Assembly: GCA_031376885.1 (NCBI GenBank)
Contig: JANMEL010000124.1
Span: 1-24,000 of the forward strand
Source of the DNA: Chamaesiphon sp. OTE_70b_metabat_96
Lineage (GTDB): Bacteria; Cyanobacteriota; Cyanobacteriia; Cyanobacteriales; Chamaesiphonaceae
Direction: 5' to 3'
DNA: 24,000 nt
In this document: positions 1 to 7,788 of the stretch, piece by piece
How the letters are laid out: each line of letters starts with the position of its first letter
Position numbering within the stretch: position 1 is the stretch's first letter
Notes under the pieces: model-generated
Told to the model about the DNA's origin: nothing
Databases searched by the model: none
The model's input: the letters and a program-made list of their open reading frames with translations, nothing else
Position numbers and translations under genes: made by a program

Positions 1-1
1 A

Positions 2-79
2 TTAATTATTCGTCAGAGCTATGGGTTTAAAAATTTCGATCTGATGAAACAGAAGTTATTAGCTTGCTTATTAAAATAA
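2..79 (+). CDS. C-terminal fragment of a transposase (ISL3-like), truncated by the window start
   Basis: An open frame from the window edge ends ...IIRQSYGFKNFDLMKQKLLACLLK*. The YGF(K/R)NF...LL tail resembles the conserved C-terminus of ISL3-family transposases. A GGCTCTCC-type terminal sequence (read as ggagagcc) ends at about position 140 and could be the right IR. Only 25 codons are visible. Confidence 0.3.
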   Translation, partial: LIIRQSYGFKNFDLMKQKLLACLLK

Positions 80-273
80 TTTCCGCTCCGCTCCAATTAT
101 TTCAATAAGCAATGCTTATCACCATACCAGCGGGAGAGCCATATTTCTATTAGTAACAACCAAAGAGCGAAGTTTAATCTTTCTAAAGAGAGACAGCAAA
201 TCTCCCTCTTGTGAAAGAAGGCAGTTCGCATCTCGATTGGCTAGGATCTTTGGATATCAAAATCTAAATCCAA

Positions 274-1284
274 ATGAAACTCAAACCGATCGAACAACAA
301 GTTGTTGCCGTTGTGGGAGCCTCCAGTGGCATTGGACGAGAAACCGCGCTTGGATTTGCCAAACGACGGGCAAAGGTAGTGGTTTCAGCGCGCAGTGAAT
401 CGGGGTTGGCATCATTAGTCCAGGAAATAACCGATTTGGGTGGATCGGCGATCGCGGTTCCGGCTGACGTGTCGGATTTCGAGCAGGTGCAAAAGATCGC
501 CGATCGCACGATCGAACATTTCGGGCATTTGGATACATGGGTAAATGCCGCTGGTACGGCAGTGATTGCTCCCTTCGAGCAAGTAACTCCAGCAGAGTTC
601 AAGCGGGTAATCGAGGTGAATCTGATGGGTTCAGTGTATGGGGCGATGGTGGCAATGCCTTTGCTTAGACGCACGGGGCGAGGTGCGATTATCACGGTTA
701 CTTCAGTTGAAGCTCGTCGATCGATGCCACTTCAAAGCTCTTACTCTGCATCAAAACATGGGCTAGAAGGCTTCATGGATTCGTTGCGATCGGAGCTAAA
801 GCATGAAGGATTTCCCATCAGTATTACCAACATCATGCCCTCAGTAATTAATACCCCCTTTTATAACAAGGCGCGGACAAAATTGGGTGTCAAACCGACA
901 GGAGTGCCGCCATACTATCAGCCAAGTCTAGTTGCTGACGCAATTTTACACGCGGCGGAATATCCCACCCGCGACACGATCGTTGGCGATGTCGGGCGCG
1001 TAGTCGATATTCTCCAAAAGATCGCTCCAGACTTCACTGATACCCTCGTCGGTGCGATCGCAATTCCCGGACAACGCACCGACACGATTAAAGCCGTAGA
1101 CGACCCCAATAATCTCTTTGAACCGATCGAAGGATACAACACCACGACTGGAGACTTTACAGACAAGACGATTCCCAGTTTCTTGGACTGGTTCGATCTC
1201 CATCCAGCAATGAAATGGGGCACCGGAGCCGCACTAGCAGTACTAGCTCTAATCGCTGCCAATATCTTGCCGGACATGGATTAG
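274..1284 (+). CDS. SDR-family (short-chain dehydrogenase/reductase) oxidoreductase with a C-terminal hydrophobic anchor
   Basis: 336-aa ORF. It has a Rossmann glycine motif VVGASSGIGRE, VNAAGT (NNAG-like), catalytic Ser...YSASKHG (YxxxK), and a C-terminal hydrophobic helix GTGAALAVLALIAANIL. Confidence 0.9.
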   Translation: MKLKPIEQQVVAVVGASSGIGRETALGFAKRRAKVVVSARSESGLASLVQEITDLGGSAIAVPADVSDFEQVQKIADRTIEHFGHLDTWVNAAGTAVIAPFEQVTPAEFKRVIEVNLMGSVYGAMVAMPLLRRTGRGAIITVTSVEARRSMPLQSSYSASKHGLEGFMDSLRSELKHEGFPISITNIMPSVINTPFYNKARTKLGVKPTGVPPYYQPSLVADAILHAAEYPTRDTIVGDVGRVVDILQKIAPDFTDTLVGAIAIPGQRTDTIKAVDDPNNLFEPIEGYNTTTGDFTDKTIPSFLDWFDLHPAMKWGTGAALAVLALIAANILPDMD

Positions 1285-1345
1285 TAACAAGACACTCCAG
1301 CAATTAAAATCATAGGCGTTGTACAGTACCTCCTATTCGGTCAAG

Positions 1346-1497
1346 CATCTTTTTATCCCACAAACCAACAAGGCGGTCGGTTTCAGCAATCCAACCGTCT
1401 CAAACAACCTATGCTTTGAGGGGGGGGTTCGGGGGGGGGGACACTCCCCCAACCCGACGGGGGGTCTGGGGGTCGGAACCCCCAGATCCGGGTTCTC
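1346..1497 (+). repeat. G-tract-rich structured repeat, copy 1 (inverted partner at 2474-2619)
   Basis: It aligns by eye to the reverse complement of 2474-2619. The 3' ~90 nt are nearly identical apart from homopolymer lengths: G8 at 1420-1427 and G10 at 1431-1440, against 7 and 8 in the partner. It contains the perfect hairpin TCTGGGGGT-CGGA-ACCCCCAGA. Confidence 0.75.
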
Positions 1498-1567
1498 TCT
1501 TCACTAATAACAATCGCCACCCACCAATATTTGTCAAGTTTTAAAAATTAATTAAAAGGTAATTAAA

Positions 1568-2296
1568 ATGGAAACCCAATTAACTAGTAATAAGAATAAT
1601 TCACCCGAAAATTTTAGCGATACCGAACGGTGGGGATCGCTAATTTCCGGCGGTGCGCTGGTGTTAGCCGGATTGAGTCAGCGTTCCTTGCGCGGTGCTT
1701 TGATGGCGATCGCAGGTGGCACTTTAGCCTATCACGGTATCGCCGGACAGAAAAGTGTGCAAGATACAGTGACGGAAGCAACTGGACTCAACAAGCCCTT
1801 ACGGGTCGAAAAAACCGTAACGATTCAGAATAAGTCACCCGAAGAACTTTACCAGTTCTGGCACAATTTTGAGAACTTACCGACATTTATGAAGCACCTC
1901 AAATCAGTAACTGTGCTGAATGATACGGCGGTCAGTGAGCGTAGCCGAACTGCTCATTGGGTGGCAAATGCACCGCTGGGTAATAGCGTTGAATGGGATG
2001 CCGACATCATTAACGATCTCGAAAATCAGTTAATTAGCTGGGCATCAGTTCCAGGTGCAAATGTCGAAAATTCCGGCTTTGTCCGCTTCAAAGCTGCACC
2101 TCCAGGACGCGGTACCGAAGTCAAAGTGGTACTTGAGTATAGCGTCCCTGGTGGCGTGCTCACCGCCGCGATCTCCAAGCTATTCGGCGAAAACCCCGAA
2201 CAGCAGATTGGCGACGATCTCCGCCGCTTCAAGATGCTGATGGAAACAGGCGAATTTGCTACTACAGAGGGTCAATCTTGTGGAGCGCGTGTCTAA
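1568..2296 (+). CDS. SRPBCC-family (polyketide cyclase/dehydrase-like) protein with an N-terminal membrane-associated segment
   Basis: 242-aa ORF. The N-terminal Gly/Ala-rich hydrophobic stretch (GSLISGGALVLAGLS...LMAIAGGTLAYHGIAG) resembles a YgaP/DUF2892-type segment. The remainder (ELYQFWHNFENLPTFMKHL...WEADI...VRF...GTEV) is typical of cyclase/dehydrase SRPBCC proteins. Confidence 0.8.
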   Translation: METQLTSNKNNSPENFSDTERWGSLISGGALVLAGLSQRSLRGALMAIAGGTLAYHGIAGQKSVQDTVTEATGLNKPLRVEKTVTIQNKSPEELYQFWHNFENLPTFMKHLKSVTVLNDTAVSERSRTAHWVANAPLGNSVEWDADIINDLENQLISWASVPGANVENSGFVRFKAAPPGRGTEVKVVLEYSVPGGVLTAAISKLFGENPEQQIGDDLRRFKMLMETGEFATTEGQSCGARV

Positions 2297-2473
2297 TTAC
2301 CTCTTAGAGGTTGTTTGAAAAGTATACGGGTGGCACTCGAAAACCCTAGAAGATCCCCCCAGCCCCCCTTAAAAAGCCTACCGTGTGTACACAAGTCGGC
2401 TAGAGTTCGTTTTAGGTTGATTTACCCCTCCCCTTTACACTCATTGCTCAGATCCGTTGGTATTTCTTGTGCT

Positions 2474-2619
2474 AAGAAAACCCGGATCTGGGGGTTCCGA
2501 CCCCCAGACCCCCCGTCGGGTGGGGGAGTGTCCCCCCCCGAACCCCCCCTCAAAGCATAGGTGGTTGGAGACGGTGGGTTGGATGTGCGACCGCTTTGTT
2601 GGTGTGTGGGATGCAGATG
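2474..2619 (-). repeat. G-tract-rich structured repeat, copy 2 (inverted relative to 1346-1497)
   Basis: The reverse complement reads catctgcatcccacacaccaacaaagcggtcg...cctatgctttgagggggggttcgggggggggacactccccc..cccgacggggggtctgggggtcggaacccccagatccgggtt, matching copy 1. Confidence 0.75.
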
Positions 2620-2690
2620 TTGTTGAGAGAATCGCAAAATCCGTCTCAGGAAAACTTGTGTATACACGGTAGCTTTTTAAGGGGGATTTA

Positions 2691-2738
2691 GCGGTGTTTT
2701 TATTCTGGGGGAACCCCAGAATAAAAAAACGACAAGAC
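2691..2738 (-). repeat. 48-nt hairpin mini-element (copy A), inserted in the right arm of the MITE-like repeat
   Basis: gcggtgtttttattctgggggaaccccagaataaaaaaacgacaagac. Its reverse complement matches 22113-22160 almost base for base, and it interrupts a sequence that is continuous in the opposite arm. Confidence 0.65.
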
Positions 2739-2889
2739 AGGGGGATTTTCTAGGTTTGCGAGTAACAAGACTGACTTGAAAAACACCTTCTTATAGATAT
2801 CCATCAGGCTACAAGATCGATTCGCCATTCGCGACGCTACGCGAACGAATCCAAAATCTAAACCACCATCAATATAGGGACAAATTACG

Positions 2890-4104
2890 ATGAGAGCAGT
2901 TTGCTGGCAAGGTACTAATAAAATTCAGGTAGAAACAGTTCCAGATCCCAAAATCCTCAATCCCCGTGATGCGATCGTCCGCATCACTACCACAGCGATT
3001 TGTGGCTCCGATCTGCACTTGTATAACGGTCTAAACCCCACCATGAAAAAAGGGGATATCCTCGGTCATGAATTTATGGGCGAGGTGGTGGAACTGGGGC
3101 GTAAAGTTACTAATGTCAAAATTGGCGATCGAGTCGTAGTACCATTTACGATTTCCTGTGGCTCCTGCTTCTTTTGCAGTCGGGAAATGACCTCATTGTG
3201 CGATAATTCCAACCCTAATGGGTGGCTGGCGGAACAAGTGATGGGTCACTCACCAGCGGGACTAATGGGGTATTCGCATCTGTTGGGTGGCTATGCTGGC
3301 GGTCAAGCTGAGTATGCCCGCGTGCCGTTTGCCGATGTCGGTTTATTCAAGATTCCCGACGGCTTAACTGACGAGCAGGTCGTATTTTTTACCGATGTTT
3401 TCCCCACTGGCTATATGGCCGCCGAAAACTGTAATATCCAGCCTGGAGATACCGTCGCGATCTGGGGTTGTGGCCCCGTGGGTCAATTTGCGATCCGCAG
3501 TGCCTTTATGCTTGGTGCCGAGCGGGTAATTGCGATCGATCGCGTCCCCGAACGCTTGGCGATGGCCAAGGCTGGCGGGGCGGAGGTACTCAATTATGAA
3601 GAAATTGAAGTCGGCGAAGCCCTCAAAGAAATGACGGGCGGACGCGGCCCCGATTCGGCGATGGATGCTGTCGGTATGGAAGCGCACGGGATGGGGTTAG
3701 AAGGCTTTTATGACAAAGCGATGATGGCAGTTAAGCTCGAAACCGATAACCCCACCGCACTACGTCAAGCGATCGTCGCCGTCCGTAAAGGTGGTAGCGT
3801 TTCTGTACCTGGTGGTTATAATGCCTTTGTTGACAAAATCCCGATGGGTGCGTTTATGAATAAAGGCTTGACGATGAAATCGGGACAGACTCACGTTCAC
3901 AAGTACCTGCAACCCTTACTCGATCGAGTTCAAAATGGCGATATCGACCCGACATTTATCATCACTCACTCTCTCCCCCTGGAGCAAGCCCCCCACGGCT
4001 ACGAAATCTTCAAGCATAAAAAAGAGAGCTGTATCAAGGTCGTACTCAAACCAGGTCAGATCGAGCGACCATTGGCAATACCGATCGATAGCCCAATCTA
4101 TTAG
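2890..4104 (+). CDS. Zinc-dependent alcohol dehydrogenase family protein (glutathione-independent formaldehyde dehydrogenase-like subgroup)
   Basis: 404-aa ORF. Features seen: catalytic Zn ligands in ICGSDLH and GHEFMGEV, the structural Zn motif [15 protein letters not shown], the GGQAEY...FPTGY block, the GCGPVG nucleotide fold, and DAVGMEAHG, as in FdhA-like MDR enzymes. Confidence 0.9.
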   Translation: MRAVCWQGTNKIQVETVPDPKILNPRDAIVRITTTAICGSDLHLYNGLNPTMKKGDILGHEFMGEVVELGRKVTNVKIGDRVVVPFTISCGSCFFCSREMTSLCDNSNPNGWLAEQVMGHSPAGLMGYSHLLGGYAGGQAEYARVPFADVGLFKIPDGLTDEQVVFFTDVFPTGYMAAENCNIQPGDTVAIWGCGPVGQFAIRSAFMLGAERVIAIDRVPERLAMAKAGGAEVLNYEEIEVGEALKEMTGGRGPDSAMDAVGMEAHGMGLEGFYDKAMMAVKLETDNPTALRQAIVAVRKGGSVSVPGGYNAFVDKIPMGAFMNKGLTMKSGQTHVHKYLQPLLDRVQNGDIDPTFIITHSLPLEQAPHGYEIFKHKKESCIKVVLKPGQIERPLAIPIDSPIY

Positions 4105-4343
4105 GATTTGAGGCTGAGTTAACCATAGCACTAGGAATGAGGATTAAATAACTTGCGTAGGTTGGGTTTTCTCCAAAGGAGACGCTACGCGTTGGCAACG
4201 CCTGCGCTTTACGCTCACGCGGGCTGCTACCCAACCTACAGATATATGGCAACCGCCAGGGCGGTTAGGACATCTATAGATGCTTCCGCTCTGGCGGAGG
4301 CTACGCCAACAAACCATTAGTAGGTCAGCTTTCCCAAACTGAC

Positions 4344-4398
4344 CCCTCTCTTGAAAAGGTGCTCTACTTGGGGAGACCCCAAGACCGCACTTTTCGCT
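4344..4398 (-). repeat. Imperfect palindromic repeat; uninterrupted (empty-site) homolog of the repeat at 22083-22185
   Basis: The reverse complement reads agcgaaaagtgcggtcttggggtctcccc|aagtagagcaccttttcaagagagg. The copy at 22083-22185 has the same two halves separated by the 48-nt mini-element. Confidence 0.6.
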
Positions 4399-4465
4399 GT
4401 CCCCTGACCTCTGACCCCTGCTATATGTATCTCGATCGGTTCACGATTCGATCGCTCGATCGACA

Positions 4466-4510
4466 CAACATCCCCAACTTCTAATCATATAGAAGTCGGG
4501 GATAAGTTGT
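4466..4510. repeat. Degenerate CCCCGACTTCT/AGAAGTCGGGG hairpin repeat
   Basis: acaacatccccaacttct-aatcatat-agaagtcggggataagttgt. It shares the AGAAGTCGGGGAT core with the perfect palindrome at 18134-18164. Confidence 0.45.
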
Positions 4511-5014
4511 GCTCTTTTCCAATATTTCAATCCCTGTCAGGAAACAAAATAATTCAGCTATTAACTACTGACGACCGCTCTGATAGGAAGTTTAGTTCCC
4601 CGTCAGTAGTATTTAAGTGGAGGACGCGACAAAAACTCCACACTAGTTAGTTATTCTATTGGTTCAAGAATATAATAAAATGACAATTTTAGTACTATTT
4701 TTTAACTGTCCACCAACTTACCGTCGCTCTCCTTCAGTTGATAGTAATAGGTCACAGCGATATAACCCCCATCCAGTAAATACAATGAAATAGCTCTTGC
4801 AACCTTCAGAAAATAAATTATCTCTCAGTTGCTTGCCCCTTGAATTAATCTTAGCTAATCCGATCGCCATATTAAATCATCCAAAAGGATGAGTTTTTCA
4901 ACAAATTAAGTTTGGTATGATTAGTTATCGGATTGTACGCTGAAATAGAGACTTTCTTTGAGACGATCGCGTTTCTAGATCTCGGAGCTGCTGCTGTTGT
5001 TGATTAAATTCCTT

Positions 5015-5656
5015 CTATTCGAGACTCAATAATTGGTCGCGATCGGAATGCATATCCCATTGAGTTTCAGCCAAAAGAAATAGATTTCCTGCCGTAACAA
5101 TCCCTGTCCACAAGAATTGCCAAGTAGGGACATATTGCAACAGAGCAATCGCGCCGAGATGGATGAGGCTACTCACCAAAAATGCATGAGACTTTAGACC
5201 CCAAGCGGTGATGACATAACCGATCGCACTAACTCCCAACCAGATCGAGCACAGATGCGGCAATACCACCCATCCACCGCCAAGAATGCCCCAATCAGTC
5301 AATAACACACCACCAATAGTCAGCCCTATCCAAGCATATACTAACCATCGCAATCGCTCCACTGTCACCCAATACCAAGTCAGATGGTAGGTACTCCAAG
5401 CACCGATTAACGTCAAAATCGACCAGACGATCGCCTGATCTGCCCAACCCACAGTCAGAAACTGCGCTGTTGAAAAAATCACCGCAGTAATTACGCCCCA
5501 CAAAATGAAAACTTGGTCGATGCGGGTATAAAAACTCGAAAATAGTCTATAGTCTTTGATTTGAATGTGGATATGGAGCAACCCTTCAAGATCTTGTAAA
5601 TCCAAAGCGTGTTGTTTGCGTTGGAGAATCGGCGAGACGGTGCTAAAAGCAGTCAT
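5015..5656 (-). CDS. Polytopic integral membrane protein, function unknown
   Basis: 213-aa ORF with about 5-6 Trp/Gly-rich hydrophobic segments, e.g. VFILWGVITAVIFSTAQFL, IVWSILTLIGAW, LVYAWIGLTIGGVLL, WLGVSAIGYVITAWG and LIHLGAIALL. I recognise no family. Confidence 0.7.
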   Translation of the reverse strand: MTAFSTVSPILQRKQHALDLQDLEGLLHIHIQIKDYRLFSSFYTRIDQVFILWGVITAVIFSTAQFLTVGWADQAIVWSILTLIGAWSTYHLTWYWVTVERLRWLVYAWIGLTIGGVLLTDWGILGGGWVVLPHLCSIWLGVSAIGYVITAWGLKSHAFLVSSLIHLGAIALLQYVPTWQFLWTGIVTAGNLFLLAETQWDMHSDRDQLLSLE

Positions 5657-5676
5657 TAAACTTCCTGCGAAAGTCA

Positions 5677-5745
5677 GGGGATAGGGGATAGGGGATAGGG
5701 GATAGGGGATAGGGGATAGGGAATAGGGGATAGGGAATAGGGGGA
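5677..5745. repeat. Heptanucleotide tandem repeat (GGGGATA)n, about 9.5 units with two GGGAATA variants
   Basis: Read directly: ggggata x6, gggaata, ggggata, gggaata, ggggg. It starts about 20 nt upstream of the start codon (5656) of the minus-strand membrane-protein gene. It is STRR-like, the cyanobacterial class of short tandemly repeated heptamers. Confidence 0.92.
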
Positions 5746-5996
5746 ACTTTAGATGAAAATAATACTAAAAAAGATTGTATTGTTACTTTCGCAGGAGGTC
5801 TATTATATCGGGATTACTGAATATTTGGCTAGATCCAACCTCGATTTGGTGGATATTTTAGCTCAGGTATGTCTAACTATAAAGCTAATCTTTAGTTATT
5901 GCTAGTTATGATAATTTGTTTTCTCAAAATAATTAAATCTCGTTGGCATAGCCTCTCGTGAGAGAATCGGATCTCCAAAAGGGTCGATATCGGCAA

Positions 5997-7082
5997 TTAC
6001 GTCCAGTAGAGAATTTTGGCATTGGGGAATCGGCGGGCTAATTCCCGATCGAAAAAGCCGCGCAACTCTTTCATAACATCCTTCTCATAGACATATTTAG
6101 TCCCACCAAACTTGTTGCGTTTGGCTGTGCGAGTAGACTCATCCATCTCTAATTTGGTCTGAGGATACCATTTCAAGATAGTTTCCTTAGAACCTGGTGT
6201 AAAGCGGTGCGAAATCAGCTCAAATGTCAAATCGCAATCAAAATCCAATACTGTCTCGATCGAATCCAACAACTCACCATAGTGCAATTGCCAATCCTCA
6301 ATCGGCATAATCGGCGCAATTACCAACCCAATCGGATAGCCACCGCCACCGCGATCGGCAGGCAAAGCCAACTTCCGCAATGCCTGCAACCTGGCCTGTA
6401 CGGTAGCTGTACCGCCCTCAAGCCGCAAGGAGACAGGTGCAGCATTAACACTAAACCGACAGCGCGTACGTCCGTTATGGGGCAAATCTAGCAGGGAATC
6501 CACCCCATCAAATTTGGACACCCAGCGCAAATATCCATCCTCGCGGGTACCAAAGTAGCGGATGCATTCTGCCAGACTACCAGTTAAATGCTCGATGCCT
6601 AGAGGATCCGTATAGCAACTAACTTCAAAGCTGGTAGCTTCACCAGCACGTTCGTACGCTGCCAAATTTGCCAAAGTCTGCGGCAGATTGGCAAATGCCC
6701 GAATTACGGGCGGCCCCTGAAGACTACCTGCTAAATAACAGTACTGACAGTGAGCCGGACACCCTTGAGCAAGGTGAAATTGCCAATCTGCTGAGGGGGG
6801 GATCGGGCTGAGTTTGAAGCTACTCGGAGGGGCTGTGACCACAGCTAGAGTGCGTTTGGCAATTTGATAAGTTTCGCGCTCATTCTCCCCCCGTAATCCA
6901 GTGAGGCGGTTGTGGGCGAGGATTTCAATGGGTAAATTTAAGGACTCAATCCGTGCCAATATCTGCTGTCCCCAAGGTTCTGCCATGGCCGCAGGTGTAA
7001 ACAATACTTGCTCTGGCATCCAGAGTTTAGTTTTGGTTGAGAATATTAGTTCGGGAAGTGTAGACTCAATTGAGATCGGCAA
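5997..7082 (-). CDS. splB: Spore photoproduct lyase family radical-SAM protein
   Basis: The radical-SAM cluster motif GCPAHCQYCYL matches the SplB pattern GC..HC.YCYL. The conserved SC.TD Cys (EVSCYTD), LTFELISHRFT and the C-terminal FPNAKILYWT closely parallel B. subtilis SplB (ITFELIQHRFT, FPNAKIEYFT). The ORF-track start at 7082 is TTG. The ATG at 7019 (MPEQVLFTPAA...) aligns better with the SplB N-terminus. Confidence 0.85.
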   Translation of the reverse strand: MPISIESTLPELIFSTKTKLWMPEQVLFTPAAMAEPWGQQILARIESLNLPIEILAHNRLTGLRGENERETYQIAKRTLAVVTAPPSSFKLSPIPPSADWQFHLAQGCPAHCQYCYLAGSLQGPPVIRAFANLPQTLANLAAYERAGEATSFEVSCYTDPLGIEHLTGSLAECIRYFGTREDGYLRWVSKFDGVDSLLDLPHNGRTRCRFSVNAAPVSLRLEGGTATVQARLQALRKLALPADRGGGGYPIGLVIAPIMPIEDWQLHYGELLDSIETVLDFDCDLTFELISHRFTPGSKETILKWYPQTKLEMDESTRTAKRNKFGGTKYVYEKDVMKELRGFFDRELARRFPNAKILYWT

Positions 7083-7180
7083 AATAATTATAATTTATAC
7101 GATTTTTGTGACTACTTATAGTTTGACATTTCTCGCGACGATCGATTAGGGGTCAGACTTACCGAAAGGCGGGCGGAAAG

Positions 7181-7201
7181 CCCCCCGATTCATCGGTGGG
7201 G
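7181..7201 (+). other. IS left-end (LE) subterminal hairpin, putative TnpA binding site
   Basis: ccccccgat-tc-atcgg(t)gggg: a 9-bp stem with one extrahelical T (7197), preceded by AAAG. Confidence 0.6.
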
Positions 7202-7389
7202 ATGAACGCTGCTGCGGCTTTAGCAAGCGAGCTTTTCGGGGGAAGCTTCCCCCGAAAACGTCGCGCCGCCTAAAAGCGTAGATTAAGCCAAGCCAACGGC
7301 GTAGGCGCGGCTTTAGCCGCATAAGTTATACAAAGCTCTTCTATATATTTATTGTTGCCTTAGATAGCTCAATGCTATATAATATATTT

Positions 7390-7788
7390 ATGAGTACTAA
7401 ATATAAATCTAACAACAATATAACTTATTCCTGTAAGTATCATGTCATTTGGTGTCCAAAGTACAGACGGAAGGTGTTGATCCACGATGTTGACATTCGG
7501 CTTAAAGAAATTATCAAAGCTGTATGTGATGAATTCCAAGCTGAACTAATCGAACTTGAGGTTATGCCCGATCACGTTCATCTCTTAGTCGAATGCGATC
7601 CTCAATTCGGAATTGCCAAACTAATTAGGTATATGAAAGGGCGTTCTTCGCGATTGCTTCGACAAGAGTTTCCTTGGCTGAAGAGTCGCCTACCAACGCT
7701 TTGGACAAATTCTTATTTTGTCTCAACTGTTGGCGGTGCCCCTATTGCAGTAATCAAAAAATATATCGAGGATCAGAAAAGTGTCTAA
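7390..7788 (+). CDS. tnpA: IS200/IS605-family Y1 (HUH) transposase TnpA
   Basis: MSTKYKSNNNITYSCKYHVIWCPKYRRKVL..., the HUH motif PDHVHLLV, and the catalytic Tyr region WTNSYFVSTVGG. The ORF track starts 18 nt earlier at 7372, but the MST... start fits the typical family length better. Confidence 0.9.
   Translation: MSTKYKSNNNITYSCKYHVIWCPKYRRKVLIHDVDIRLKEIIKAVCDEFQAELIELEVMPDHVHLLVECDPQFGIAKLIRYMKGRSSRLLRQEFPWLKSRLPTLWTNSYFVSTVGGAPIAVIKKYIEDQKSV

Larger units (their letters stand above)
2305..2790. repeat. MITE-like composite: inverted arms (about 2305-2396 and 2655-2790) enclosing other repeats
   Basis: The left arm is ...cactcgaaaaccctagaagatcccccc..ccccccttaaaaagcctaccgtgtgtacacaagt. 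It is the reverse complement of the right arm acttgtgtatacacggtagctttttaaggggg[48-nt insert]gggggattttctaggtttgcgagt. The interior carries copy 2 of the G-tract repeat. Boundaries are approximate. Confidence 0.5.

Noticed and set aside
264-1277. Minus-strand ORFs 264-695, 281-538, 918-1277 and 946-1203
   Set aside because: They lie entirely antisense within the well-supported SDR gene. Their translations are Arg/Ser/Pro/Cys-rich and non-protein-like, so they are shadow ORFs.
1319-1507. 62-aa ORF over the G-tract repeat, and its mirror set at 2315-2560, 2422-2667 and 2457-2672
   Set aside because: Their Gly/Pro-rich translations are generated by homopolymer G/C runs. The same DNA occurs in inverted orientation at the two sites, so it behaves as a repeat and not as a gene.
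4046-4252. 68-aa minus-strand ORF overlapping the ADH 3' end
   Set aside because: It spans the hairpin-repeat region and the end of a confident gene. It has no start context, and repeat-derived ORFs are common here.
5677-5745. Possible CRISPR array
   Set aside because: The unit is only 7 nt, with no spacers. It is a simple tandem (STRR-like) repeat. No CRISPR-like repeat-spacer structure appears elsewhere in the window.
7215-7290. Palindromic block cgagcttttcggggg-aagctt-cccccgaaaacgtcg inside the IS left end, considered as an independent MITE
   Set aside because: It lies inside the inferred IS boundaries, between the LE hairpin and tnpA, and no second copy is visible in the window. I treat it as part of the IS left end, possibly promoter or structure, and not as a separate element.
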